Positions 27,744-38,323 of a stretch of DNA of 39,573 bases are shown here, one piece after another; position 1 is the stretch's first letter, and each line of letters opens with the position of its first letter. The translations under genes were made by a program, and so were the position numbers. The notes beneath the pieces were generated by a model, which ran no database searches, was not told where the DNA came from, and was given only the letters and a program-made list of their open reading frames with translations. The DNA comes from an uncultured Draconibacterium sp. (GTDB lineage Bacteria; Bacteroidota; Bacteroidia; Bacteroidales; UBA12170), in NCBI GenBank assembly GCA_964616585.1, contig CAZTST010000001.1, positions 1 through 39,573 on the forward strand, given 5' to 3'.

Positions 27744-30410
27744 TTAGAATTTAATTTTTAAAGATGAAGAAATGGTTCTTCCGAAACCATAAAACACAGG
27801 AGAAGTTAACCAATCGTGATTTGCACCATCAGTAGCATCTGTAATGTATTCAGCATCTAGTAGGTTTTGGATATTACCAACAAGTGTTGCATCAAAACCA
27901 CCTATTTTAAAGCGATAGCTTAATCGTAGATCTAAAGTTGTTGCATCAGGTATCATCCAAGGCTGAGTGAAATTTAATGGATTTAAGCTTGTTGATACAG
28001 AAGAGATATTAAAATAAGAATAGTTGCGTCCAAAGTAGTTGCCATCTAAGCCCAATTTAAACCCTTTCAATAATTCATAGTTAATTCCAATGGCAGCAGT
28101 TGTTTGTGCCGAGTTTCCAACACGAATACCACCAATATTAACATCTATTTTTGCATGATCATCACTTTGTAAAATAACTATATTACCATTTGCATCAGTA
28201 GGCTGTCCTTCACGGTTATAAAGATAACCTGAAGCATCGTTTTGCCAAATCCAGTCACCAAGTGAAATCATACCTCTAATTTCTAGATTGTCAATATGTT
28301 TTGATACGAAATCAAGTTCAATACCTTGGTGAAGAGCATTTACGCCTTCCATATTTGCTACTAAACTTTCAGGACTATTAGCATTTATGGCGCGAACCAT
28401 TGTTTTATCTCTCCATTGCGTACGATAGATATTTAAATTTGCAGAAATGGTTTTTGAACGATATCCATATCCAACTTCAGCCGAAAAAGCTTTTTCGTTA
28501 ACAGCATTTGGGTTTGTTATATTACTTGTTGTTGATTGAAGGAAAGCTCCACCTGAAAAGAAAGGGGCACGTGATATAACTCCAATATTTGCAAACACGT
28601 TATGTTTGTCGCTTAAATTATAGTTGGCACCACCTTTGGCACTATATCCTAAAAAGCTAACAGTTTCTGATCTGGCAGATGGGTGATTGTAAAAATCGAC
28701 CGTATTGTAATAGAAACGATCGTATCGCCAGTAAGTTGTGTTTGAACCCGATAAAGAAATAAAAGTACTTAGAGCATCTTTATTGTATTCGGCTTGCATA
28801 AATATCCCTTGACTGAATACAAAACCATCATAATCGCGGTAAACCACATCGCCAACACCCAGCTTTTCAATTTTATATGCTTCGCCACTAAGCAATGGGC
28901 GAGAAGTTGGATCTAGAAAAAAGGTGCCTCCATACAGATCTGTAATCACATTGGTATGAACTCCTTTATAATATCTAAAATCAAGACCTCCAAAGAAGTC
29001 AATGTCGCTTGTAATTTTAGCATTGAAAGTAGAAAGTGCACCATACCATTTGTGTTGGTTTACACTTTTCGACATCACTAATTCTGAGCCTTGTAAGCTT
29101 GCTTGATTTAATGCATAAATAGCACCATAATCAAAAGTTCCATCAGGAGCACGGAAAGCTGTATTAGGAACTCCATTAGATGCTGCATACCATAATGAGC
29201 GGTTAACACCCTGACCACTAGTGCCATGACCATCGCCTATCGAAGCATAAATTGCTGTAGAAAGGCTTGTTGTAGGACTAATAGTCCAGAAGTGGTTTAA
29301 AGACAACTGTGGTTTATTATAAACGTTTTGTGATGACACTTTGCGTTGCCCGGTTCCATCGAAACCATAACTAGAATTGTATCGATACTTTAATGGTTGT
29401 TTTTGCCATTCTGAGATTAGTAATTTATCTCCATTATTACGTTGATTATGCCATTGTGGAGCACCAAATGCTGTAAATGAAATCATATGTGATTTGTTAA
29501 TCTCTTTAGATACATTTACAAAATAAGAAAAGGATTCAAATTCAGTTCCCTGAATATAACCTTCACCCCATGATTTGGCTCCTAATAAAGTGATAGCCCA
29601 TTTTTTCTCGGTTAATCCTGTAGAAACTGCGAATCCGATTTTATTGTAGCCATCATTACCAACTCCATAAGAAATAGAACCGCCTTTTCTTGCATCAGTA
29701 GAATTTGTTACGATATTGATAGAACCTCCTAATGAAGGTGCAGCTACTTTTGATGCTCCTAATCCACGCTGAACCTGCATAGTACGGGTAACATCAGATA
29801 AACCTGCCCAATTTGACCAGTAAACTCCGCCCCATTCCATATCGTTAACAGGAACACCGTTAATCATAACAGCAATGTTAGCAGATTCAAAACCACGTAA
29901 GTTGACACGTGAATCACCAAAACCTCCACCTTGTTTAGTGGCATAAATACCGGGAGTTGATTTTAAGATTTCAGGAAATTCCTGAGTTCCAAGCTTTTCT
30001 TCAATCTGAATAGGGTCGATAGAAGACAAAGCAACAGGAGTTTTACGATCGACAGCAATAGAAGCAAATACATTAACTTCGTCCAAACCAATTTGGTTGG
30101 CAAAAAGTAAAATAGTTCCTAAATCTGTACTTTGACCTTCTTTAACTGAAACAACAATTTCTTCAGGTGCATATCCAACGTATTGGATAAGAACAGTTTG
30201 TCGTCCTGCTGGAATTTCCAAGTTAAAATTACCGTTCAAATCAGTTGAAACGCCGATTGTTGTTCCCTTCAGAACTACGTTTGCTCCTATCAGTGTTTCA
30301 TTCGTTGAAGCGTCAGTTACAACGCCTTTTACATAGCCTTGAGCAAAAAGACTACCACTAAATAGCATAAGCATAAAAGCTATAGCGATTTTTTGTAGCA
30401 TTTTTTTCAT
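27744..30410 (-). CDS. TonB-dependent receptor (paralog of 22903..25476)
   Basis: Signal peptide from ATG 30410 (MKKMLQKIAIAF), IAVDRKTPVA, LRGF...INGVPVNDMEWGGVYWSNWAGL, C-terminus GFGRTISSSLKIKF. Confidence 0.92.
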   Translation of the reverse strand: MKKMLQKIAIAFMLMLFSGSLFAQGYVKGVVTDASTNETLIGANVVLKGTTIGVSTDLNGNFNLEIPAGRQTVLIQYVGYAPEEIVVSVKEGQSTDLGTILLFANQIGLDEVNVFASIAVDRKTPVALSSIDPIQIEEKLGTQEFPEILKSTPGIYATKQGGGFGDSRVNLRGFESANIAVMINGVPVNDMEWGGVYWSNWAGLSDVTRTMQVQRGLGASKVAAPSLGGSINIVTNSTDARKGGSISYGVGNDGYNKIGFAVSTGLTEKKWAITLLGAKSWGEGYIQGTEFESFSYFVNVSKEINKSHMISFTAFGAPQWHNQRNNGDKLLISEWQKQPLKYRYNSSYGFDGTGQRKVSSQNVYNKPQLSLNHFWTISPTTSLSTAIYASIGDGHGTSGQGVNRSLWYAASNGVPNTAFRAPDGTFDYGAIYALNQASLQGSELVMSKSVNQHKWYGALSTFNAKITSDIDFFGGLDFRYYKGVHTNVITDLYGGTFFLDPTSRPLLSGEAYKIEKLGVGDVVYRDYDGFVFSQGIFMQAEYNKDALSTFISLSGSNTTYWRYDRFYYNTVDFYNHPSARSETVSFLGYSAKGGANYNLSDKHNVFANIGVISRAPFFSGGAFLQSTTSNITNPNAVNEKAFSAEVGYGYRSKTISANLNIYRTQWRDKTMVRAINANSPESLVANMEGVNALHQGIELDFVSKHIDNLEIRGMISLGDWIWQNDASGYLYNREGQPTDANGNIVILQSDDHAKIDVNIGGIRVGNSAQTTAAIGINYELLKGFKLGLDGNYFGRNYSYFNISSVSTSLNPLNFTQPWMIPDATTLDLRLSYRFKIGGFDATLVGNIQNLLDAEYITDATDGANHDWLTSPVFYGFGRTISSSLKIKF

Positions 30411-30640
30411 AATCATTGAATTTACTATTAAGTTATTTTTGTTAAATGAATTTCGCATTTTAATAAAATGGAGGTGCAAGATAGCAATTTTTATATTGTT
30501 AAATGTTTTTAAGTTAACAATTGTTAATAATATTTTTATTAAATAAAAACCTTTGTAATATGCTTTAAATAAGGATAATGAAATTAATTTCTTATACCTA
30601 AATCAATCCATTTTATAGAAAATTAAAGAAACGTAAGGAT

Positions 30641-33262
30641 TTATGCCAAGTTTTTAAGTTGAGCCTTGATTAACATTATCTTATGCATAGTATCGGATTG
30701 TTTTTTTTGCTCCAATTCTATTACTTTTTCAGGTGCACTATTTACAAATTGCTCATTCGATAATTTCTTTTCTATCGACATTAAAAAATCTTCAAAATAC
30801 TTTAATTCGCTATTAAGTTTAGTTGTTTCGGCTTCAATATCAATGGCTTCACTTACAGGAAGAAAGAATTCGATTGAATCTACCATAAAACCTAAACTGG
30901 AATCGGGTTTTTCTTTTATACTTTCGAGAATGGATAGATTACCTAGCTTTAAAATTACTGACTGAAAATCGAATTTTAACTCACCTTTATAAAATAATTC
31001 CAATTTTTCTTTATTTGGAATATTCTTTTCTTTTCTAATTTTTCTAATTTGATTTACTATTTCAGAAGCAATAGCAAAGTCTTGTAAATAATTTGAGTTA
31101 AATACTTTAGATTCAGGTATTTTTGCCACAATAATATTGTCATCAGCATCGCGCTCGGCTAATAAATGCCAAATTTCTTCAGTAATAAAAGGCGTAAAAG
31201 GATGCAGAATTTTCATTAGCTTCTCAAAAAATGCAATAGTTTGCTCAAAGGTTTTTTTATCAATTGGAGCTTGATATGCAGGTTTAATAATTTCAAGGTA
31301 ATTTGAACAAAAATCGTCCCAAATTAATCTGTATGTGCTCATTAGAGCATCAGATAAACGGTATTTATCAAAATGGTCTTCAATTTGAGAAAGACTTTCA
31401 TTTATACGTGCATCCATCCATTTAATGCCTGATTCAGCATAATCAGGCTGAGGAATAGAAACTACTTCCCAGCCTTTAACCAAGCGTAAAGCATTCCAAA
31501 TTTTATTGCTAAAATTTCTGCCTTGCTCACAAAGCGCTTCATCAAATGGTAAATCGTTGCCGGCAGGCGAGGTGAGGAGCATGCCAACACGAACGCCATC
31601 TGCTCCATATTCTTCAATCAATTGGATAGGGTCAGGGCTGTTTCCCAGCGATTTAGACATTTTTCTGCCTAATTTATCGCGTACAATTCCGGTGAAATAA
31701 ACATTTTTAAAAGGAATTTCTTTTCTATATTCCAAACCGCTCATAATCATTCGTGCAACCCAGAAAAATAAAATTTCAGGTGCTGTAACTAAATCGTTGG
31801 TTGGATAATAATAGTTGATTTCTTTATTATCAGGATTTCTGATTCCATCGAAAACAGATATTGGCCAAAGCCATGAAGAAAACCAGGTATCTAAAACATC
31901 TTCATCTTGCTTTAAATCAGCAAGTTCAAGATTCTTGAGTTCAGGATAAGTTTCCTTGGCTTTTTGTAAAGCTTCTTCAGCCGTTTTGGCCACAAGCATT
32001 TCATTATTCGGAAGATAATAAACAGGAATACGTTGTCCCCACCATAACTGTCGAGAAATACACCAGTCTTTTACATTCTCCATCCAATGTTTGTAAGTAT
32101 TTTTGATTTTGGGTGGATGAAACTGAATAGTATCGTTCATAATGACTTCCAAAGCAGGTTTTGCCAAATCTTCCATTTTCATAAACCATTGCAAGGAAAG
32201 CTTAGGTTCTATTACAGCGTCAGTTCTTTCAGAATATCCAATTTTATTATTATAATCTTCCTTTTTTACAAGAAAACCTTTTTCTTCTAATTCAATACAA
32301 ATTTCTTTTCGAGCTACAAATCGATCTTTGCCAATTAAAATTTCGGCCGATTCGTTTAAAGTTCCATTATCATTAAAAATATCAATAGTATTGAGTTTGT
32401 ATTTTAAACCAATATTATAATCATTAATATCGTGAGCAGGAGTTATTTTCAAACAACCGGTTCCAAATTCCATGTCAACATATTCATCCTGAATAATTGG
32501 AATTGAGCGATTTATCAAAGGAACTAAAACACGTTTTCCTTTTAAATGATAAAAACGTTCATCGTCAGGATGCACACAAACAGCTGTATCGCCTAAAATA
32601 GTTTCAGGTCGTGTAGTAGCAATTGTTACCCAATTATCATTCTCACCTTCAATCTGATAACGAATATAATAGAGTTTGGATTTTATTTCTTTATGGATTA
32701 CTTCTTCATCAGAAAGCGCTGTTAATGCTTTTGGATCCCAATTTACCATGCGAACTCCACGATAAATTAAACCTTTATTATACAAATCGATAAAAACATC
32801 AATAACAGAATCGTATAGATCAGGATCCATTGTAAATTTTGTTCTTTCCCAATCGCAGCTGGCACCAAGTTTTTTCAGTTGTTCGAGTATAATTCCACCA
32901 TGTTTTTCTTTCCATTCCCAGGCATATTCCAAAAATTCATCTCGACTTAATATGGATTTATCTATGCCTTTATCTTTCAAATGATTAACTACTTTGGCTT
33001 CTGTTGCAATTGAAGCATGATCCGTACCGGGAATCCAACAGGCATTTTTTCCTTGCATTCGTGCTCTGCGAACTAAAACATCTTGAATTGTATTATTGAG
33101 CATATGACCCATATGTAAAACACCTGTAACATTTGGCGGCGGAATTACTATGGTAAATGGCTCTCTATCATCAGGTTCTGAATGAAAGTAGTTTTTATCT
33201 AGCCAGAATTTATACCATTTTTCTTCTATTTCCAGAGGGCTATATCTTGAAGGAATTTCCAT
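30641..33262 (-). CDS. valS: Valine--tRNA ligase
   Basis: [13 protein letters not shown] (HIGH), [23 protein letters not shown]-terminal coiled coil. TACTTTTG -7 element at 33295-33288. Confidence 0.98.
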   Translation of the reverse strand: MEIPSRYSPLEIEEKWYKFWLDKNYFHSEPDDREPFTIVIPPPNVTGVLHMGHMLNNTIQDVLVRRARMQGKNACWIPGTDHASIATEAKVVNHLKDKGIDKSILSRDEFLEYAWEWKEKHGGIILEQLKKLGASCDWERTKFTMDPDLYDSVIDVFIDLYNKGLIYRGVRMVNWDPKALTALSDEEVIHKEIKSKLYYIRYQIEGENDNWVTIATTRPETILGDTAVCVHPDDERFYHLKGKRVLVPLINRSIPIIQDEYVDMEFGTGCLKITPAHDINDYNIGLKYKLNTIDIFNDNGTLNESAEILIGKDRFVARKEICIELEEKGFLVKKEDYNNKIGYSERTDAVIEPKLSLQWFMKMEDLAKPALEVIMNDTIQFHPPKIKNTYKHWMENVKDWCISRQLWWGQRIPVYYLPNNEMLVAKTAEEALQKAKETYPELKNLELADLKQDEDVLDTWFSSWLWPISVFDGIRNPDNKEINYYYPTNDLVTAPEILFFWVARMIMSGLEYRKEIPFKNVYFTGIVRDKLGRKMSKSLGNSPDPIQLIEEYGADGVRVGMLLTSPAGNDLPFDEALCEQGRNFSNKIWNALRLVKGWEVVSIPQPDYAESGIKWMDARINESLSQIEDHFDKYRLSDALMSTYRLIWDDFCSNYLEIIKPAYQAPIDKKTFEQTIAFFEKLMKILHPFTPFITEEIWHLLAERDADDNIIVAKIPESKVFNSNYLQDFAIASEIVNQIRKIRKEKNIPNKEKLELFYKGELKFDFQSVILKLGNLSILESIKEKPDSSLGFMVDSIEFFLPVSEAIDIEAETTKLNSELKYFEDFLMSIEKKLSNEQFVNSAPEKVIELEQKKQSDTMHKIMLIKAQLKNLA

Positions 33263-33533
33263 TATTGTCCAAATTTATTTTGAAGCGCAAAAGTAAGCAA
33301 ATTTTGCATTTTGCAAAGCTAAGTTTTATGAAATCAAATCAATATGAATGCAGGTTAGAAGCCCGGTAATAGCTTTGCCAAAGAGAATAGATTAAGGTCA
33401 ATAAAAGATAGTTTATCTTTAAAATAGTCTGGAATGCTTTATGAACAATCTCCAATAAAAGTCAAAAAAAGCCGACAATCCTTGAAATAGCACTTTAAAT
33501 TTCATTATCTTTAAAGAAAATTTTTTAGTAGAA

Positions 33534-33770
33534 ATGAATAATCTAAACATCGAATGCGTATTTGTAGGAACTATCCTAAATGCTAACTATTTAAAAAGTG
33601 TTTTACACGAGAATGGAATTGAGTGCATTGTTCGCGACTTCCTAATGGAAAGTTCAATGGCAGGATTTGCAGCAGCCGATACCTACAATGCTGGAAAAGT
33701 ATTTGTGGATGAAAAAGACTATGAGCGTTCCGAAGAAATAGTTTTTTATCTTTTTGAAGAGTATAAATAA
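33534..33770 (+). CDS. DUF2007 family small putative signal-transducing protein
   Basis: 78 aa with ANYLKSVLHENGIEC and KVFVDEKDYERSEEI pattern. Confidence 0.75.
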   Translation: MNNLNIECVFVGTILNANYLKSVLHENGIECIVRDFLMESSMAGFAAADTYNAGKVFVDEKDYERSEEIVFYLFEEYK

Positions 33771-33964
33771 AAAATCTTTACGTCTTTAAGCAACCTCATC
33801 TTAAGTTTTGCAAATAATTGCATATCAATCAAATTAGTTTCAATTTTTGATTAAACTTTCCAAAAACCAAATATTAATTACTATTTGTTTCTTTATTTTT
33901 TTTGAGTCCTAAAGAATTATCCGTATTCTTACGCTCATTTTTTTGATTAACTGACCAATTTGCT

Positions 33965-35404
33965 GTGGAAAAAACGAACCTAAAACTCTGGGAAGCCATC
34001 CTTCCTGTAATTATCCTTATCGGAATGCTGGCATTTAATGTTTATGTATATGGAAGCGATGCTTTGAGTGGCAGCAATCAGTTTATACTTTTACTTGGAG
34101 GAGCTGTGGCAGCAGTCGTGGGTTTCTATAATAAAGTATCCTACAAAAAAATGATTAGTGCTGTAAGCGAAAATCTAAAATCTACCAGTGGAGCCATATT
34201 GATACTTTTAATGGTTGGCTCTCTGGCAGGAACTTGGTTGATTAGTGGAATAATTCCGGCGATGATATATTATGGATTGCAAATTTTGAATCCAAGTATT
34301 TTCTTACCTGCAACAGTGCTTATAAGTTCATTTATTTCTGTTGCAACAGGAAGTTCATGGACAACCTCTGCAACTATTGGAATCGCATTTATGGGAATTG
34401 GAGGAGCATTGGGTTTTCCTGAAGCAATGGTCGCCGGAGCTGTATTATCAGGTGCATATTTTGGCGATAAAATGTCACCTATGTCAGATACTACAAATCT
34501 GGCTCCAGCTATGGCCGGAACTGATCTATTTACTCACATTAGGTATATGATGATTACCACAATTCCTACTTATATCGTTACTATATTGATATTCATTATT
34601 TTAGGTTTGAATATGGATATTGTTGGAGAAGCCAATGTTAGCGATATCTCATTAGCAATTAAACAAACATTTGAAATAAATGGCTGGTTATTCCTTGTGC
34701 CGGGATTGGTGATATTATTAATTGTTTTGAAAACGGAACCTTTAATTGCATTGCTGGCTGGAACAATTGCAGGTGCAATCTTTGCTCTCATCTTCCAGAT
34801 GCCTCTGTTGCTGGAAATTAGCGGAATGCAAACACTCAATTTTCAAAGCATTTATCGGGTAATAATGGATTCGATTACTGTTCAAACAACTATCGACACA
34901 AGCAATCTCATTCTGAAAGACCTGTTTGTGGCCAAAGGAATGGCCGGTATGCTACCAACCATTTGGTTAATTATTTGCGCCATGGTTTTTGGCGGTGTGA
35001 TGGAAGCCATTGGCGCCTTGTCAAAAATAAGCAGTTCACTATTAAAAATGGCAACATCTATTTTTGGTTTATTTGCCAGTACCGTAGCAAGTTGTATTAC
35101 GTTAAACCTTACAGCTTCCGATCAATATTTAGCTATTGTAGTCCCCGGCCGTATGTTTGCCGATGCCTACAAAGAAAAAGGATTGGCTCCTGAAAACCTG
35201 AGCAGAACGCTTGAAGATTCCGGTACCGTAACTTCCGTTTTGGTTCCATGGAATACTTGTGGAGCATACCAATCAGGAGTTTTGGGTGTTGACACATTAA
35301 GCTATCTTCCTTATGCTGTTTTCAACTATTTAAGTCCGCTCACCACTTTAATTGTTGCCGGTCTGCGTTTTAAAATAAAAATGATTAATACAAAGCCTGA
35401 TTAA
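33965..35404 (+). CDS. nhaC: NhaC family Na+/H+ antiporter (family also includes amino acid/malate transporters)
   Basis: TGSSWTT, SGAYFGDKMSPMSDTTNLA, SRTLEDSGTVTSVLVPWNTCG. Confidence 0.93.
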   Translation: MEKTNLKLWEAILPVIILIGMLAFNVYVYGSDALSGSNQFILLLGGAVAAVVGFYNKVSYKKMISAVSENLKSTSGAILILLMVGSLAGTWLISGIIPAMIYYGLQILNPSIFLPATVLISSFISVATGSSWTTSATIGIAFMGIGGALGFPEAMVAGAVLSGAYFGDKMSPMSDTTNLAPAMAGTDLFTHIRYMMITTIPTYIVTILIFIILGLNMDIVGEANVSDISLAIKQTFEINGWLFLVPGLVILLIVLKTEPLIALLAGTIAGAIFALIFQMPLLLEISGMQTLNFQSIYRVIMDSITVQTTIDTSNLILKDLFVAKGMAGMLPTIWLIICAMVFGGVMEAIGALSKISSSLLKMATSIFGLFASTVASCITLNLTASDQYLAIVVPGRMFADAYKEKGLAPENLSRTLEDSGTVTSVLVPWNTCGAYQSGVLGVDTLSYLPYAVFNYLSPLTTLIVAGLRFKIKMINTKPD

Positions 35405-35500
35405 AATTTGACATTTTTTAATTTCACTTAGCTAAAATCATAATTTCATTTCCAATTTTTCTTTGTATTTTGCAATCCTAAAAGAAAGAATGCAAAACAG

Positions 35501-38071
35501 ATGCTCAAATTTCAAATAAACGGACAATCAATTCATTATAAGGGAGATAAAGACAAAAGTCTTTTGTCGTACTTGCGTGATGATTTACATATAACTTCGG
35601 CCAAAGATGGATGTTCCGGTCAAGGAACTTGTGGTGCCTGCATGGTGAATATCGATGGAAAAGCAAAATTGGCTTGTCGTACAAAATTATCAAAGCTCAA
35701 AGATGCGGATATATTAACTCTCGAAGGAATTGACACAAAACGTGCTGAAACTATAGCAGGAGCTTTTGTTGAAAAAGGAGCCGTGCAATGTGGGTTTTGT
35801 ACACCAGGCATTATAATGACTACCAATGTTTTACTAAAAAATATACAACAACCAGCTAAAGATGAAATACTTAAAGGTTTAAAACCACATCTTTGTCGCT
35901 GCACCGGTTATGTAAAAATAGTTGAAGGTATTGAACATGCAGCTAATTTATTGAATCAAAATATTGCTTCAAATCTCGATTTTGAGCAGAAAGGAATTGG
36001 TCAATCTTTACCCAAATATCAAGGTCTGGAAACCGCTTTAGGAAAACGTCATTTTGTAAATGATATGCACTTCGATGGTATGCTTTATTCAGCCTTGCGG
36101 TTTAGTGATCATCCAAGAGCTAAAATAATTTCAATCAATAAGTTTGAAGCTGAAAATCTTCCCGGAGTTATTAGAATTTTTACAGCTAAAGATGTTCCGG
36201 GTGCTTTAAAAACGGGTTTGATTTATCCTGATTGGCCATTGATGATTCCTTGTGGCGATACAACAAATTATATTGGTGATGTTATTGCAGGAGTTGTTGC
36301 TGAAACAGAGTATATTGCACGGAAAGCAACTGCATTAATTCAAGTGGATTACGATGTTTTTGAACCTATTACAAATATGCATTTGGCCATTTATAATAAA
36401 TCTGTAAAAGTTCATTCCGACAAAGAAAACGTGCTTTCAAAAACTAATATTAGGCTTGGTAAACAATTTACAGAAATAGAAAAAGAGGCTGATTTTATCG
36501 CAAGCGGAAAATTTGAAACTCAACGAATTGAACATGCTTTTCTGGAAACAGAAACTGCAATTGCAAGTCCTTCTGATGATGGAGTTCATATTTTTTCGGG
36601 TGGACAAGGAATTTATGTTGAGCGTAAACTAATTTCTAAAATTCTGGATATCAATGAAGAACAAGTTCAAATAACTTTAGTTCCTACAGGCGGTGGTTTT
36701 GGAGGAAAAGAAGATTTAACAGTTCAAGGTCATGTGGCATTATTTGCATATTTACTTCAAAAATCTGTTAAACTGCATCTTAGCCGCGAAGACTCTATTC
36801 GAATGCACCCAAAACGTCATCCGGTTTTTATGGATATGCAATTAACTGCTAACAAAAAAGGCAAACTTACAGGCATCAAGCTTTATGCAGTTGGAGATAC
36901 GGGAGCTTATGCATCGGTTGGAGATAAAGTAATGGAGCGAGTGGCTGGTCACGCAACAGGTGGGTATTATGTCCCAAATGTTGATATTGAAGCAATTGCA
37001 GTTTATACAAATAATATTCCCTGCGGTGCAATGCGTGGTTTTGGAGCAAATCAAGTTGCTTTTGCACTAGAAAGTTTGGTTGATGAACTATGCGAGAAAG
37101 GAGGATTCAATCGATGGCAATTTAGATATGATAATGCATTAACGGAAGGCTTAAGTACATCTACCGGACAAGTATTAGAAAAAGGAGTTGGTATTAGAGC
37201 TTCTTTAGAGGCTATTAAGGATGATTTCTACAAAAATAAATTTACCGGTTTAGCCTGTGCAATAAAAAATTCCGGCGTTGGAAATGGTATGATAGATGAA
37301 AGTAAAACGATAATCCAAATTGAATCGGTAAATAAAATTGTAATCCATCACGGTTGGACCGAAATGGGTCAGGGAATTCATAATATGGCAATTCAAACAC
37401 TTTGTCAGGAAACAGGATTAAAAGCTGAAATTATTGATGTTGTGGTAGATACATCTTTAGAAATTCCTACCGGAATGACAACATCCTCACGAGCAACTGC
37501 TCTTCTTGGAAATGCAATTATCGATGCTTCAAAAAAAATTAATAAAGCCCTGGAAACAAATTCTTTAGCTGCGCTTGCAGGAAATTCTTATTTCGGAGAA
37601 TTTATTGTTGATTGGACAACAAAACCAGGTGATAAAACAAAAAAATCAATCACTCATTATTCTTATGGTTATGCAGCTCAATTAGTTGTTTTAAATGATG
37701 ATGGCTCGATAAAAAAAGTAGTTGCTGCACACGATGCAGGAAAAATCATGAATCCAATTTTATTCCAAGGTCAAATTGAAGGAGCCGTTCATATGGGCTT
37801 GGGTTATGCTACTTCAGAAAATTTTCCAATGGAAAATGGATTTCCAAAAAGTTTTAAATTGAAAGATGCCGGCGTTTTGCGTGCTCATCATATGCCGGAA
37901 ATTGTGGTAAAAGGAGTTGAAGTTACCGATGCGGTTGGCCCTTATGGAGCAAAAGGTGTTGGAGAAATTGGATTGGTTCCAACTGCAGCGGCTGTTGCCA
38001 ATGCTTTTTATCAATATGATGGAATTAGAAGATATAAATTGCCGCTACAAAAAATAAAGGCAAAAGAATAA
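35501..38071 (+). CDS. Molybdopterin hydroxylase with fused [2Fe-2S] domains (selenium-dependent xanthine dehydrogenase / aldehyde oxidoreductase family)
   Basis: GCSGQGTCGAC...C, QCGFCTPG...LCRCTGY, GGGFGGK, AMRGFGANQ, EMGQG, GQIEG, AKGVGEIG. No FAD domain. Confidence 0.9.
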   Translation: MLKFQINGQSIHYKGDKDKSLLSYLRDDLHITSAKDGCSGQGTCGACMVNIDGKAKLACRTKLSKLKDADILTLEGIDTKRAETIAGAFVEKGAVQCGFCTPGIIMTTNVLLKNIQQPAKDEILKGLKPHLCRCTGYVKIVEGIEHAANLLNQNIASNLDFEQKGIGQSLPKYQGLETALGKRHFVNDMHFDGMLYSALRFSDHPRAKIISINKFEAENLPGVIRIFTAKDVPGALKTGLIYPDWPLMIPCGDTTNYIGDVIAGVVAETEYIARKATALIQVDYDVFEPITNMHLAIYNKSVKVHSDKENVLSKTNIRLGKQFTEIEKEADFIASGKFETQRIEHAFLETETAIASPSDDGVHIFSGGQGIYVERKLISKILDINEEQVQITLVPTGGGFGGKEDLTVQGHVALFAYLLQKSVKLHLSREDSIRMHPKRHPVFMDMQLTANKKGKLTGIKLYAVGDTGAYASVGDKVMERVAGHATGGYYVPNVDIEAIAVYTNNIPCGAMRGFGANQVAFALESLVDELCEKGGFNRWQFRYDNALTEGLSTSTGQVLEKGVGIRASLEAIKDDFYKNKFTGLACAIKNSGVGNGMIDESKTIIQIESVNKIVIHHGWTEMGQGIHNMAIQTLCQETGLKAEIIDVVVDTSLEIPTGMTTSSRATALLGNAIIDASKKINKALETNSLAALAGNSYFGEFIVDWTTKPGDKTKKSITHYSYGYAAQLVVLNDDGSIKKVVAAHDAGKIMNPILFQGQIEGAVHMGLGYATSENFPMENGFPKSFKLKDAGVLRAHHMPEIVVKGVEVTDAVGPYGAKGVGEIGLVPTAAAVANAFYQYDGIRRYKLPLQKIKAKE

Positions 38072-38073
38072 GA

Positions 38074-38136
38074 AAGCGCTGAAAGCGCGATATATAATAG
38101 CTTAGGGTGAAGTGAAGCACGAACGTAACCCTAGGA
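38074..38136. repeat. REP-like palindromic element downstream of the Mo hydroxylase
   Basis: GCGCTGAAAGCGC hairpin, then TATAATAGC and a TAGGGT...ACCCTA hairpin. Confidence 0.5.
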
Positions 38137-38323
38137 TAAGAAAATTATAGAAAAAAGCTGCCTTTTTGTTATTGGAGCGAAGCATATAGGACAGCGGCGA
38201 ATAAGAATTTTAAGAGACATTGTATTATGGAATAATTAATAATAACAAACTCTAATCAGGATTATTCACCAATATCAATTTTCTATTTTGAACAGATTGG
38301 TTTAGACATATTAAGTCAAATAT

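Noticed and set aside
30411-30479. Extended TTG-initiated N-termini for the TBDR (30479), M23 (21385) and ANL fusion (9152)
   Set aside because: The TBDR and M23 TTGs overlap promoter-like elements or bury the signal peptide, and all three have an in-frame downstream ATG that fits better.
35501-38071. Selenocysteine in the selenium-dependent-type Xdh
   Set aside because: The ORF has no in-frame TGA, and this family uses a labile Se cofactor. Selenium dependence itself cannot be shown from this window.
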